Of a DNA stretch of 64,000 nucleotides, positions 27,938-41,238 are shown in pieces. The position numbers and the translations under genes were made by a program. How positions within the stretch are numbered: position 1 is the stretch's first letter; the number at the start of each line of letters is the position of its first letter. Source of the DNA: Octopus sinensis (lineage: Eukaryota); the NCBI RefSeq assembly GCF_006345805.1, contig NC_043015.1:50592001-50656000 (forward strand), in the 5' to 3' direction. The notes beneath the pieces are model-generated. The model had not been told where the DNA came from, searched no databases, and saw only the letters and a program-made list of their open reading frames with translations.

Positions 27938-28779
27938 TATATGTATATATGTATATATGCATATATTCATATAAGAAGTATGACCACTAGGTGGATTCTT
28001 AATATGCTAAAGGTAAACCCCATATGGTCTGTCCAATAAGAAAAATTGTTCTCAAGAAAATTCGGCAAACACCAGAACGTAACATATAGTGATTAGTAAC
28101 ATACCTAGGTTTCATTGTTACCATTTACATTAGGTAAATGTCTGCAAATCCTCAGTGTGACCATGATAGAGAATATAATTTGCAGAACTATACACGAGAT
28201 GTCCTCCCAAGAGAGAACATGCATATATTTGGGGATGTATTTCAAATGTCTAGGCCACTGGTTTAAATTGATATTAATCTAATTAATATCAATTTTTACC
28301 CTTATTATTTAAATTTATACATATGTATATACACATACGTGGAGGCACATGGCCTAGTGGTTAGAGTAGCGGACTCGCAGTCGAGGGATCGCGGGTTCAA
28401 ATCTCAGACCAGGCGATGTGTGTGTTTATGAGCGAAACACCTAAGCTCCACGTGGCTCCAGCAGAAGGTAGTGGTGAACTTCAGCTGACTCTTTCGCCAC
28501 AACTTACTCTCACTCTTTCTTCCTGCATCTTGCAGCTCACCTGCAACGGACTGGCGTCACGGCCAGGTGGGGAACCTATATGCCAAGGAAACCGGGAAAC
28601 TGGCCCTTACAAGCCAGACATGGCTCGAGAAGGAACAAACATATATACATATATATATATATGATTAAAAAAATGTTAGTCTTATCGTTGTCATTTGTTC
28701 TAAGTCATTTGGATTATATTTCTTCTGGTTACTGCAATATCATAGTATCAAGCTATACTGAAGTGTCATTTGAGTCCAA

Positions 28780-30390
28780 GCCAAATCAATATCTAGCCCC
28801 AATTTAGGGGAAGAGAGGGTAGGTCTTTTTCGCACTCTGTATTGTTGGCCAAAAAGAGGATTTACATAGTGTGATACACTCTAAGGTCTTCAAAGACATG
28901 TATAATTGCACATCAATGTTACTACATTCTTCACTCCAGGTAGTCAAAACTTAAAAGGAATTTCTCCAAATTTGTCCAATGCTCAGAAACAATATATTGG
29001 TGAGACACTGTAGGATTGTTTCTAGTTCAACAGTGACCTTGATACGACGAAGATACCACATATACGATAATGGGAAGGCAATGATAACTAGTTTGGTTTC
29101 ATTCTGCAGCAATTTAAATTTCATATTTCTTTGTAACCAGATTTCATAGAAGCTCTGATTTGCAAAAACCATCTTTACTTTTCCATCATTCTGAAATTCA
29201 ATGACAATCACCTGTAATTCAAATTTTTGTTCTGTTTTGAATAACAATCAAGAATTTCCCTTTAATCAATGCATCAATTGATTGGAATGAGATTGCTGAT
29301 TGTTATTCAAAATAGAATAGATTCTTCCTTCAATTATTCTAGCTGTGTAAAGCAGGCCCTTAAATTACCATCTGTAAATAATGGTAAAATGCTTCATGTG
29401 AATGAGAATTGACAAGAGAATTGTACAGGTTAAACCTTCTTCTAAGGTTTAGCCTGTACAATCTTAATTTAAATTCTAAAACTGTGGGCTGCATTCTTAG
29501 TGTGTGTTGGCTAAAAGCTGGTTGTAAATTCAAATTCTTCATCATCTATAAATATCAGCAAAGTTATATCATTGAATAAAATCAATATAACAAGGCAATA
29601 CTATCAGAATAGAGAAAATCTTGAAAGATTGCTTCTCCATACTGAATGGGGTTCACCTGGCTGTCAAAAAGGTCTCCTATGAAACACTTCTTCCAGTTTT
29701 ATACAACAGTGTTGCTGGGTTTTGGGGGATTTTTGTATTATTGTTAATATACGTATAAAAATCATGACAATCAGCCAGCAGAAGATACTTGACTTTATTG
29801 GCAGAAATGTGACTTACTCTTACTTTGTTGATAAACAGCCTGAATTTGCAAGTGTGAGGGAACAATTTTAATCTAATACATGCAGCGTCGACAGTTTATT
29901 AAGTAAAAATTAAACTTGTACAAGCAAATCTTCAGCAGAACAGAGTTCTGTTAGTTGCCATCTATGTAAAGCATTTCACAATTATCTCTAGATAATAATC
30001 TAACAACCTACACAATGATCGAAAGAAGATTTAACGAGTTGATTGAACTGAGATTCCTGACTGGATTGAAAAAATAAATAAAATGTTGTGTGGGAAATAG
30101 AACAAGAAAACAAAAACTGAATTGAAGGAGACGATTACTGAGTTAGAAAACGAAGAAAAAATAACGACAATATTTGAAAATCAAGATTTACTTGAAATGT
30201 GGTTACAATACAATTTGAAATTTCTTTCATTATAAAGTGAAGCCAAGCTAATTTCCATTCTTTTCCATTATTATCCCCTTTAGCAAAGAAAAGCTTTAGT
30301 GCTTTAACAAAATTTTTGACAAATAATGGGAACCAAATATAACAAAACTTGTTCTTGGTTGGTTGGCAATCAGCAACGAGGATCACATTA
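28780..30390 (-). mobile_element. Decayed hAT (Buster/FAM200/ZBED5-like) transposase
   Basis: Colinear fragments ELQVIVIEFQND..K..F...FYEIWLQ...IIAFPLSYM, FKLRLYRLNLRRRFNLY, INKVR and a C...DG remnant follow the Buster-type order. Many stops and frameshifts; TIRs not located. Confidence 0.7.
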
Positions 30391-30449
30391 ATTAAAAAAA
30401 AATATATAAAAAAAACTGTTTGCTATTCTAATTATTTTTAACTTTGATC

Positions 30450-31430
30450 GTTTGCTGGTTTCAGTCATTGGACTGTTGTAACAATGCTGGGTCACTGCCT
30501 TGAACAGATTTAGTCAAACGGTCAGCCTCACCATTTATTTTTTAGTGTCTGGCAACCTTTTGCTGAACTGCTAAGCTACAGGTAACATAAACAAACCAAC
30601 ATTGGTTGTCAAGCGAGGGGGAAACAAATACACAAAAACATACAAACGCACACACATACACACAAACGCCATATACAACAGGCTTCCAAACAGTTTCCAT
30701 ATTTACTGAATTCACTCAAAGGGTATTTGGTCAGGCTGGAGCTATACTGCGAATAAAATACATGCCCAAGGTGCTGCGCAATGGGACTGAACCCAAAACC
30801 ATCTAGTTGCAAAGCAAGCTTCCTAACCACACAGCCACGCCTGTATACATATTGATTCCATTGGTTTCAGATTTTGGCACAAGGACACCAATTTCAGAGG
30901 AGGGGTTAAGCTGATTACATTGACCCCAGTGTTCAACTGATACTTATTTTATCAATCCCGAAAGGATGAAAGGTAAAGTTGACCTCTGCTTAATTTGAAC
31001 TCAAAATGTAAAGATGGACAAAATACCACTAAGCATTTTTCCCAGCGTAGGAGTGGCTGTTTGGTAAGTAGCTTGCTTACGAACCATATGGTTCCAGGTT
31101 CAGTCCCACTGCATGGCACCTTGGGCAAGTGTCTTCTACTATAGCCTTGGGCCGACCAAAGCCTTGTGAGTGAATTTGGTAGATGGAAACTGAAAGAAAC
31201 CCGTCGCATATATGCATATATATGTGTTTGTGTGTCTGTTTTTATCCCCCCCAACATCGCTTGACAACCGATGCTGGTGTGTTTACATCCCTTAGCAGTT
31301 CAGCAAAAGAGACCAATAGAATAAGTACTAGGCTTACAAAGAGTAAGTCCTGGGGTCGATTCGCTCAACTAAAGGCAGTGCTCCAGCATGGCCGCAGTCA
31401 AATGACTGAAACAAGTAAAAGAGTAAGAGC
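30450..31430. mobile_element. SINE cluster: family A minus (30450-30845), family B minus (30860-31045), family A plus (31046-31430)
   Basis: Direct matches to the families. Confidence 0.8.
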
Positions 31431-31624
31431 ATGCTAACGATTCTACCTTACACCTGTATATTTATTATTAATAAATAATCCCTGTTATCTTTGTCTTTCT
31501 TATTTTCAATCACATTAATAGACAAAGTACCTTTAAGAAAAACTTACACGTGTCATTTTGCAGTGAAATATTTCATGAGATACAGACTAAGTGATACAAC
31601 TGAACAAAATTTTCCATTGTCGTT

Positions 31625-31626
31625 GC

Positions 31627-31659
<33 letters not shown>

Positions 31660-31679
31660 CATTATCATCATTTTTATCA

Positions 31680-31713
<34 letters not shown>

Positions 31714-31950
31714 CATTATTATTATTATTATCATCATTATTATTATTATCATTATTATTATTATTATCATTATTATTATTATTATTATTATCATTATTAT
31801 TATTATTATCATTATTATTATTATTATTATTATCATTATCATTAACATTAGTATTATTATTATTATTATTATTATCATTATCATTAACATTATTATTATT
31901 ATTATTAACATTATTATTATTATTATTATTGTTGTTGTTGTTGTTATTAT
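31625..31950. repeat. (ATT/ATC)n microsatellite
   Basis: Directly visible. Confidence 0.95.
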
Positions 31951-32661
31951 TGTAAGCCATGTCTCTGAATACTTTCTGGTTTCAGATAGAGAAATAATAA
32001 TTGTTTTCACAGCTGAAATGAATATATTATCGAATGAAATTGTTCTAGTCATCCGAAATGCTAAATTCAGTATTAAAAGACAGTCTTTCACCTGACAGTC
32101 ATACAAATGGTCACTGCCAGCTTTCAGCTAAGGTGTTCAACAGAACACCTGAACCAGAAGCAACAACAACATGAATTTCATAATATAAACATAATATTCT
32201 TCTAAATCTTCTGTCATACAATTCTGTCCATTTCTTTCATGGTTCTAAATGTCTCCTGCAGGGAAGGTAAGAGTTCTATTAGAAATCATGGATATATCAC
32301 CGTCATCATTTTACCATCCACTTTTCTATGCTGGCCGAGGTCAGGTGGAATTCGTTGAGATAGATTTTCTATGACTGGATGCCCTTTTCTGTCACCAAGC
32401 ATGGTAACAGGTGAGAAAGTGTTTTCGCAGAGTCTTGGAGACGAATGACACAGCTCATGACATTTACAGCTATCATATGAGGTCAAGATAAGGAGACAAC
32501 ACAAAATACTCACATCATGTATACATATATATATATATACTGCGACATCCTTTGTGTTCTGTTTTTTATTTCATTTGATGCATATACCCTCTCACTTCTG
32601 CTACTAGCTGGCATATACAGGTGCTTACAATTATCAAGTATTCACCCTGAATTTATATATA

Positions 32662-32699
<38 letters not shown>

Positions 32700-33432
32700 T
32701 CTTTTGTTCTTTTATCTGTGTCAGTCATTTGGCTGTGGCCATGCTGGAGCACCACCTTTAGTCGAACAGATCAACCACAGGACTTATTCTTTGTAAGCCT
32801 AGTACTTACTCAGTCAGTCTCTTTTGCCAAACCACTAACTTACAAGGACATAAACACACCAACATCGATTGTCAAGCGATGGTGGGACAAACACGGATGC
32901 ACAAACACACACACACACTCATATATATATATAAGAATACCCTTCAATCATTGGGCAATAAACTGCACTTGCGAAGACCTGTTGAGTCAAGTGAAGTCAT
33001 TGTCATGGCCAATGCCAGTACCGCCTGATCGGCGCCATTAGAGTGTGATCGTTGCCAGTACTGCCTGACTAGCTGCCATGCCAGTGGCACATAAAAAAAC
33101 ATCATTCAAGCGTGGTTGATGCCAGTGCTGACTGACTGGCCCTTGTGCCAGTGGCACATAAGAAGCACCATTTGAGCTTGGTCGATGCCAGTGCTGGCTG
33201 ATTGGCTCCTATGCCTGTCGGATGTAAAAGGCACCATTCAAGCGTGGTTGATGTCAGGACTGCCTGACTGGCCCTTGTGCCGGTGGCAAGTACAAAGCAC
33301 CCACTATACTCTCAGAGTGGTTGGAGTTAGGAAGGGCATCCAGCTGTAGAAACCTTGCCAGATCAGATTGGAGCCTGGTTCAGCCTCCTGGATTACCAGT
33401 CCTCAGCAGTCCTCAGTCAAACAGTCCAACCC

Positions 33433-33589
33433 ATACCAGTATGGAAAGTGGACATTAAATGTTGATGATAATGATGGTGCTATATATATATATATAAGTT
33501 TGGATTTATTCCCTAATATTTATTATTATATATATATATATAGCACCATCATTATCATCAACATTTAATGTCCACTTCCATACTGGTAT
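33433..33589. repeat. 50-bp inverted duplication of an RTE tail across a (TA)n-flanked spacer
   Basis: 33433-33482 versus 33541-33589: one-base indel only. Confidence 0.9.
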
Positions 33590-33607
33590 ATATATATATA
33601 CATACAT

Positions 33608-33685
<78 letters not shown>

Positions 33686-33696
33686 TATATATAATA

Positions 33697-33746
<50 letters not shown>

Positions 33747-33754
33747 ATATATAT

Positions 33755-33829
<75 letters not shown>

Positions 33830-33986
33830 TATGAGCATTATGGCCAAACGGTTAAGTAGTTTGCTTTGCAACCATGAGATCCCAAGTTCAATCTGATTGT
33901 GTGACACACACACATATATAAAGAAAGAGAGAGAGGGACATGCACATACACACACACAATTATTACTATATACATGTGTGTGTGTG

Positions 33987-34100
33987 TTAGTTAGTTAGTT
34001 AGTAGTTAATTTGGCTCAAAAGCAAATAGCAAGGCCATGTAGGGGGACATGGAGTTAAGTACAGGGTGGTGTTCATGTAAAGAGTTCAGGCCACTTGAGG
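33987..34100 (-). mobile_element. Probable LINE 3' end with a (CTAA)n tail
   Basis: Short unique segment ending on the minus strand in gagccaaattaactactaactaactaac; clade not determined. Confidence 0.4.
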
Positions 34101-35230
34101 TGTGTGTGTGTGTCTGTGTGTTTTGTAGCAAACTGGCAGGCCAGTAATGGAGGGGCCTTATGTCACTGTGTAAATTAATTAAGCCGCCAATTAGCGAATT
34201 AGTTAAATGTCCCGTGTTTATATATGTGTCAGTAATTCTTGGTATTTTTTGCTATGGTCCATATTTCAACAATGACTCTTACTAAAAGAAATGGGGGCAC
34301 CGATATTAAAGTATTACCATCCTTGATTCCTCTGGAAACACAATGAAACTGTAAATGTGAGTAATACTATACTATAGTTTACTGCCCCACCCCCTCCGAT
34401 AAGGAAGTGCATTCCAGTTGTTCTTTTGTTGTTGGGTTTTTTTTTTTCTTTTAAATAAAGAATTTGATATTATGGGAAGGTAAGCTTGATGGTCAAACAG
34501 AGGGTGAGAAACATTCTTGTTCAGTGAAGCATGTATTTAGTACTACAGAGGTCATCCTGTACAGAATGATATACTCTTTTTTACACTTTTACTTGTTTCA
34601 GTCATTTGACTGTGGCCATGCTGGAGCACTGCCTTTAGTCGAGGAAATCGATACTAGGACTTATTCTTTGTAAGCCTAGTACTTATTCTATTGGTCTGTA
34701 TATATACATATATATACATATATACGACAGGCTTCTTTCAGTTTCCGTCTACCAAATCCACTCACAAGGTTTTGGTCGGCCCAAGGCTATAGTAGAAGAC
34801 ACTTGCCCAAGGTGCCATGCAGTGGGACTGAACCTGGAACCATGTGGTTGGTAAGCGAGCTACTTACCACAAAGCCACTCCATTTTTTTCTTTTGAAGTC
34901 TCATCATCATCATTTAAAATCCATTTCCCATGCTGGCATGAGTTGGACAGATTGATAGGAACTGGCATGGCCAGGCACCACACCAGGTTCTGTAGATTGT
35001 CTTGGTTTGGTTTAGTTTCTATAACCGGATGCCCATCCTAATGCCAACCACCTTACAGAGTGTAATGGATGCTTTTCTTCACATGGCACCAGTACCAGTG
35101 CTTTGCATGTGACACAAGCTTTTTTTTTTGCCTTCTCTTTGTTTTGTTTCTACTGTCTGAACATTGATGAGTACAAATAGCTTACATAAGACTTTAAAAA
35201 ATAATGCATTAAAAAAAAAGACAACCTTAA

Positions 35231-35370
35231 ACCTTTTGATACCAACCCTCACTGAAACTATTCCTGGTTCTACAACACAAACTTGCTGTTTAAAACATGA
35301 TCTAAATCAAAATCTTTCCATCAAAATTCCACATTCGTTTGTTCCAAAAACCAGGTTAAAAAGAGCAATG
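35231..35370. mobile_element. Truncated piggyBac-type MITE (left end only)
   Basis: TTAA|ACCTTTTGATACCAAC, similar to the left ends at 4590 and 59529. Confidence 0.5.
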
Positions 35371-35680
35371 CTATTTTATTAAATTCTACATGACTCAGGA
35401 AAAGCTGCCACCAAGCCTAGTATGTGCTCTTATCTGGCATCTCTCATATTAAATGTCTCTGTATCTTTTTTTTCTTCCATCTTCTCTCTGTATACTTTTT
35501 GTTAAATCCTTGAAATGTTGGATTATTATAATGCCCACTTCAACATATGGATACTTAGTGAAACCAGTAAAGACACTGCTATATCTGACCACCTACTGTG
35601 AACTCTCTGGTACTTCACATACTTCTCTTTGCTTACTAGGTTGTTCCATTTGTCACATGGGAGGGGTGTACACTTTTAAG

Positions 35681-36269
35681 CAGTGGTTTCCAACCATTTT
35701 TTTTATCTATGGACCCCTTTAGACAGACTAGGCCCCAAATTAACAATAGGCTGGAGGTTGGCAGTCAATATATTATTTAGCTACATCTGGATGCATGTAG
35801 CTTCATTTTTGATAACATGTAGGCGTAGGAGTGGCTGTGTGGTAAGTAGCTTGCTTACCAACCACATGGTTCCGGGTTCAGTCCCACTGCGTGGCACCTT
35901 GAGCAAGTGTCTTCTACTATAGCCTCGGGGTGACCAAAGCCTTGTGAGTGGATTTGGTAGACAGAAACTGAAAGAAGCCTGTCATATATATGTATATATA
36001 TATATATGCATGTGTGTGTATATGTTTGTCTCCCCAACATCGCTTGACAACTGATACTGGTGTGTTTACGTCTCTGTAACTTAGCAGTTCGGCAAAAGAG
36101 CCCGATAGAATAAGTACTAGGCTTACAAAGAATAAGTCCTGGGGTCGATTTGATTCAACTAAAGGCGGTGCTCCAGCATGGCCACAGTCAAATGACTGAA
36201 ACAAGTAAAAGGGTAAAAGAGTAAAGAGAGGACCCCTAGGGAACATATGGACCCTGGCTGAGAACATTA
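35681..36269. mobile_element. hAT-type MITE with a SINE inserted inside
   Basis: CAGTGGTTTCCAACC ... GGCTGAGAACATTA termini; imperfect 8-bp flanks cttttaag / ctttaaag. Confidence 0.6.
35820..36228 (+). mobile_element. SINE family A, young full-length copy
   Basis: Near-consensus; nested in a hAT MITE. Confidence 0.9.
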
Positions 36270-36988
36270 CTTTAAAGCACAAACAGGGAAGTCATACAAC
36301 CAGACAGTTTATATTGGTGCTTCTCATATTTAGATTTGTAAAAGAGAATAAGGCTATATCCACAATTTCTATCGAAATAAAATCGCTAGAATTTGAGGAA
36401 ATATCTTAGTATTTGCATTAGTAACAGACAATTAAGTGAAAGAATTTTTCAGAGCAGAGACCTTCATTCACCATGGAAACGATTCGTCAAACTATATTCT
36501 GCAGCATTTTACTAAATCCTATATTTCTCAGTGGATGTAACACAATTTTCAAAACACAATAGAACTGAATTAATGTTTTTATTATGCTTACCTATATTAT
36601 ATACATAGTGTATATATATCTATATCATCATCATCATCATCATTATCATTTAACGTCTGTTTTCCATGCTGGCATGGGTTGGATGGTTTCATCAGAGCTG
36701 GCATGTGGGAGAACTGCACCAGGTTCCAGTCTAATTTGGCTTGGTTTCTACAGCTTGATACCCTTCCTAATGCCAACCACTTTGCAGTGTACACTGGGTG
36801 CTTTTTACATTCACCAGCATGTATATGTGTATATATACAATATATATATACTCCCATACATACTTTAGTGTGGATGTGTGTGTGTGTGTATACACACATA
36901 TGTACATATGCTTACATTATGTTTATATACATGTTATAAACATACAGACATTACATATACATACATAATACATGTAGTTATGTAGATA

Positions 36989-37217
36989 AAAGCATATTAC
37001 TCTACCTCCATTATTTGAGTACTATTTTTTCCACCTTGTTTTGCATTTATATGCTATATTTGTGAATTCTATTTCTAGGTCAGATAAGAGGTATAAGCCT
37101 ACAAGATCGGTAACCTCAGCTGAATCTGGGGCTCCCATGGGTATATCAAAACAATCTCTAGTGTCTTTTCTTGCCCATAGTTTATCTTTATATTTTATAA
37201 TGGACTTCCTCGCAGCC
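36989..37217 (-). mobile_element. Naiad/Chlamys-type Penelope-like element: RT fragment fused to a terminal-repeat segment
   Basis: Translation ARKSIIKYKDKLWARKDTRDCFDIPMGAPDSAEVTDLVGLYLLS fits the Naiad/Chlamys RT motif ARKS..F....W.K......FDVTMGS.DGAE.CELVGLY.L as I recall it. It breaks off just before the expected YRDD motif. Confidence 0.75.
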
Positions 37218-38697
37218 ACACATACACATACACACACATACACACACACAAACACAAACATGTATATATATATGGAAAGAAGTCAAGGTAGAAAATGCTA
37301 AAATAATTTTGTAAAAAGCATTTCAGTACCGGTTTCAGTCATTGAGACGTTTTCAAATCTAAGTATGGAAAACAATTAAATTTTGAAAATATTAAATGAA
37401 AAGTTTTTCAAAGAAGAATATTTGCATAGTATTCAAATAGAAGGGGCATTTTCCTTGTTTCTGCCTGTCTCTGTCTCTCTTGTTTACTCTTGTGGGTTTG
37501 AGGTCATTGTGAATATATAAAGCTAGATTATAGATATGCATATTGCAGGCAAAAAACTTCAATCAAACAATTCTTTTTTAAAAATTTAACTATGCTATAG
37601 GAATACAAACATAAAATCAGTTTAAATAGAAACATTCTCCATGATATTCACATGTTTGCTGAATATCTAAATAAATTTACCTAAGTGAATGTAATAAATG
37701 TTTAGTGTCATGGTTTATTTTCTAAAAGATGAACTTGATCAAAATACAGAACTAATTGTTGCTGTAAAGTGGTTTCTATTAGATCACCAAAGTCAAAATA
37801 GTTCTATGTCAGGTATAATGGTTAATAAAGGAGATGGCTATCTGAATATTTATGATATTCTGTAGCAACTGAAGCAGTTGTCAGAATGAGCAAACAAGAT
37901 TGACCAGACAAGAACTTTCAATAAATGGTGTCAACTTAAATGGAAGTAGAAAAAAAAAAAATTCTAAAAAATAGTAGAAATAAATTATATTTCAGATCTG
38001 TACTTGTTTGGAAAATGACATGTTAAAAGTGAAGCAACTATATCATGGAAATGTTTTTAACCATTTAGGAACAACAGAAAAGCGTGATATATCTCTCCTT
38101 GTTTATCACAAGGGTTTGGCTCCAAAAATAAACAAAAACTCAGTGATAAAAGAATCAATGATAAATAAGTCATAACCACTCAATTTTGTAAATAGAATGA
38201 ACAGCAGACTTGTTGACAGCAAACTTGCAAACCACAAAAGCAATTAGAAAATTACTATTTTTAAATCTCACAATGAGAGATATTCAGCAACAGTACTTTG
38301 TAGTAAAGATTGTTTGCCAACATAAAATGGCAGTCCTGGTTTAGGATGAATGTTGCTGTAATTTAGTTCCAGGAGACATCATCTCCAGCTGGCTGTATGA
38401 CACAATCTGTATCCTTATATTTTCAAACATGGGAATCTAGCACCCCAACTCAGCTCAAAACAATATCTGTGTATTGCGATTTCCAGGTTGTTCCCCTTCA
38501 TCATCACAGAATAATTGTTCGGCTAGAGGTGGCGCTGCCAAATTCCTGTTCGAAATATATAGTTTTCAAAGTGACAACTAGTCACTGACCTATAAATTAG
38601 AAAATTCCTATTTTTAAATCTCACAAGAGATATTCAGCAACATTAGTCCTAAACCAGGCTGCCGTGTTATGTTGGCAAGCAATCTTTATTCCAAAGT

Positions 38698-39280
38698 AAA
38701 GTAGCTTGCTTACCAACCACATGGTTCCAGGTTCAGTCCCACAGCATGGCACCTTGGGCAAGTGTCTTCTACTATAGCCTTGTGAGTGGACTTGGTAGAC
38801 AAAAACTGAAAGTAGCCTGTCGTATATATATATATATGTGTGTGTATGTATATGTTTGTGTGTCTGTGTTTGTCCCCCCAACATTGCTTGACAACCAATG
38901 CTGGTGTGTTTACGTCCCTGTAACTTAGCGGTTCAGCAAAAGAGCTCGATAGAATAAGTACTAGGCTTACAAAGAACAATTTCTGGGGATGATTTTCTCA
39001 ACTAAAGGCAGTGCTCCAGCATGGCCACAATCAAATGACTGAAACAAATAAAAGAATAAGGTAGCAAGCTGACAGTATCATTAACACATCAGGCAAATTG
39101 CTTATCGGCATTTCGCCCATCTTGAAGTTCTGAGTTCAAATTCCACCAAAGTCAACTTTGCCTTTTGTCTTTTTTGAGCCAATAAATTAAGTACCAGTTG
39201 TATCCTGGGGTCGATGTAATCGACTAGTCCCCCTCCCCCAAAATTTCAGGCCCTGTGCCTTTAGAAGAAAGGATTATTAT
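38698..39280 (+). mobile_element. SINE family A (38698-39060) followed by family B (39060-39280)
   Basis: Direct matches to the families. Confidence 0.8.
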
Positions 39281-39809
39281 TGTTATTCATAATTTTTGAA
39301 TAACGGTAACAGATCAAAGCTTCTGCAGTTGAAGGGCAAGAGGTCCTGTGTAATCCCTTTAAATACCAACACGCAAACAGTTTCTGTATAACCCAACATT
39401 TATAGCCGCAATTTCTAACCTTTTACTATTGTGAATTATTTTGGAAAAAAAATCAATAATCTTCTTGACTCTCTTTTTAATATTCCAATGAGGCACAATT
39501 AACATTTGGTGCTTTTCTTGGGGAAATATTCTTCAACATTCTGTTTGCTGTCACCGTTGTAGAGTGGCCGATATTCCCATGTTTAACATTACCGTTTTAT
39601 CCGTATTCCTCCTATTTCTAACAATATTGCATATTCTGTTCCAATCCATATTTCATATCCTATTTCATCCATATTCCAACATATATAACATTACCATAAT
39701 CATTTTATTACATATTTCATAAGTAAAAACCAAAACTGTTTTGTGCTGCTTCAAGAATTAGGATGTTACCTAATCTGGGTCGTAACCCATAGCTGGGAAT
39801 CGATGGTTT

Positions 39810-40432
39810 TCAGTCTATGTGGTCTTGGGTTCAGTTCTGGTCCATGGCACCTTAGGTAAGTGTCTTCTACTGTGGCTGCATTCCGACCAAAGTCTACTAT
39901 GTGAATTTGGTCAACGGAAACTGAAAGAAGCCTGTTGTGGGTGTGCATGTGTGTGCATGTGTGGGTGTGTGTATGTGTGCATGTGTGCATGTGTGCACGT
40001 GTTCACATGTGTGTGTGTGTTCACATGTGTGTGTGCATGTGTGTGTGTTCATGTGTGTGTGGAAGCATATGTCTTTCCATGTGTATGTGCATATGTGTAT
40101 GTGCATATGTGTGTATGCACATGTGTGTGTGTGTGCACACGTGTGTGTGTACATGCTTGCATGTGCACACACACATGTGAATGCATGTGCATGTGTGTGT
40201 GTGTGTGTATCCTTGTCTTGACATCTATGTTGCAGTTGTTAAAAAGTATCATTGTCATACAAGCAAGAAGGTTTGCTTCCAGTCATCTGTGAAAAACATG
40301 TTTAGCCGTGGAGAAATATTATATTGCTTAGCAACAAGTGAGGGTTGGCAACAGGAAGAGCATCCAACCATAGAAAAAAAAAATCTGTCTCAACAAATTC
40401 TATTCAACCCATGCAAGCATAGAAAACCGTGT
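39810..40432 (+). mobile_element. SINE with a family A-like head, GT-rich tract and RTE-like tail (tail also at 3530-3745, 41268-41340, 43730-43860 and 32286-32480 minus)
   Basis: Tail ends acccatgcaagcatag/ggaaaa, like the RTE 3' terminus. Confidence 0.6.
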
Positions 40433-40815
40433 TAGAGAGTGGCAGATTCTGACCATTCCTCAGTACGAACCCCGCCCCCTCAGTACACACACACACACAC
40501 ACTTCAAGCTCAGACCAACATACAGTTCTGTGGTCAGTGAAAAATTATATTACTTGCTACCAATAGCTTCTTGACTCTTTTTTAATATTCTAATGTAGCA
40601 CATTTAACATTTGGCACTTTTCTTTGGGAAGTATTCTTCAACATCTTGGTTGCTATCAATATTGTACAGTCGCCCATATACAACATTACCATTTTATCTA
40701 TATTTTTTCTCCATTTATAACATTACCATTTTATCCATATTCATCCTATTCCTAACAGTATTGCATATTCTATTCCAATCCATATTTTATATCCATTTTC
40801 ATCCATATTCCAACA

Positions 40816-40982
40816 TAGGCGTAGGAGTGGCTATGTGGTAAATAGCTTGCTTACCAACCACATGGTTTCAGGTACAGTCCCACTGTGTGGTACCTTGGGC
40901 AAGTGTCTTCTACCATAGCCTTGGGCTAACTAAAGCTTTGTGAGTGGATTTGGTAGACAAAAACTGAAAATAGCCCGTTGTA

Positions 40983-41029
<47 letters not shown>

Positions 41030-41238
41030 GTGTGTGTATATGTTTGTGTGTCTGTTTGTTCCCCCAACATCGCTTGACAACCGATGCTGGTGTGTTTACG
41101 TCCCTGTAACTTAGCGGTTCGGCAAAAGAGACAGATAGAATAAGTACTAAGCTTACAAAGAATAAGTCCTGGGGTCGATTTGCTCGACTAAAGGAGGTGC
41201 TCCAGCATGGCCACAGTCAAAAACAAGTAAAAGAGTAA
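40816..41238 (+). mobile_element. SINE family A, full length, inserted into the duplicated coding relic
   Basis: Near-consensus; the relic resumes at tataatattaccataatc after it. Confidence 0.88.
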
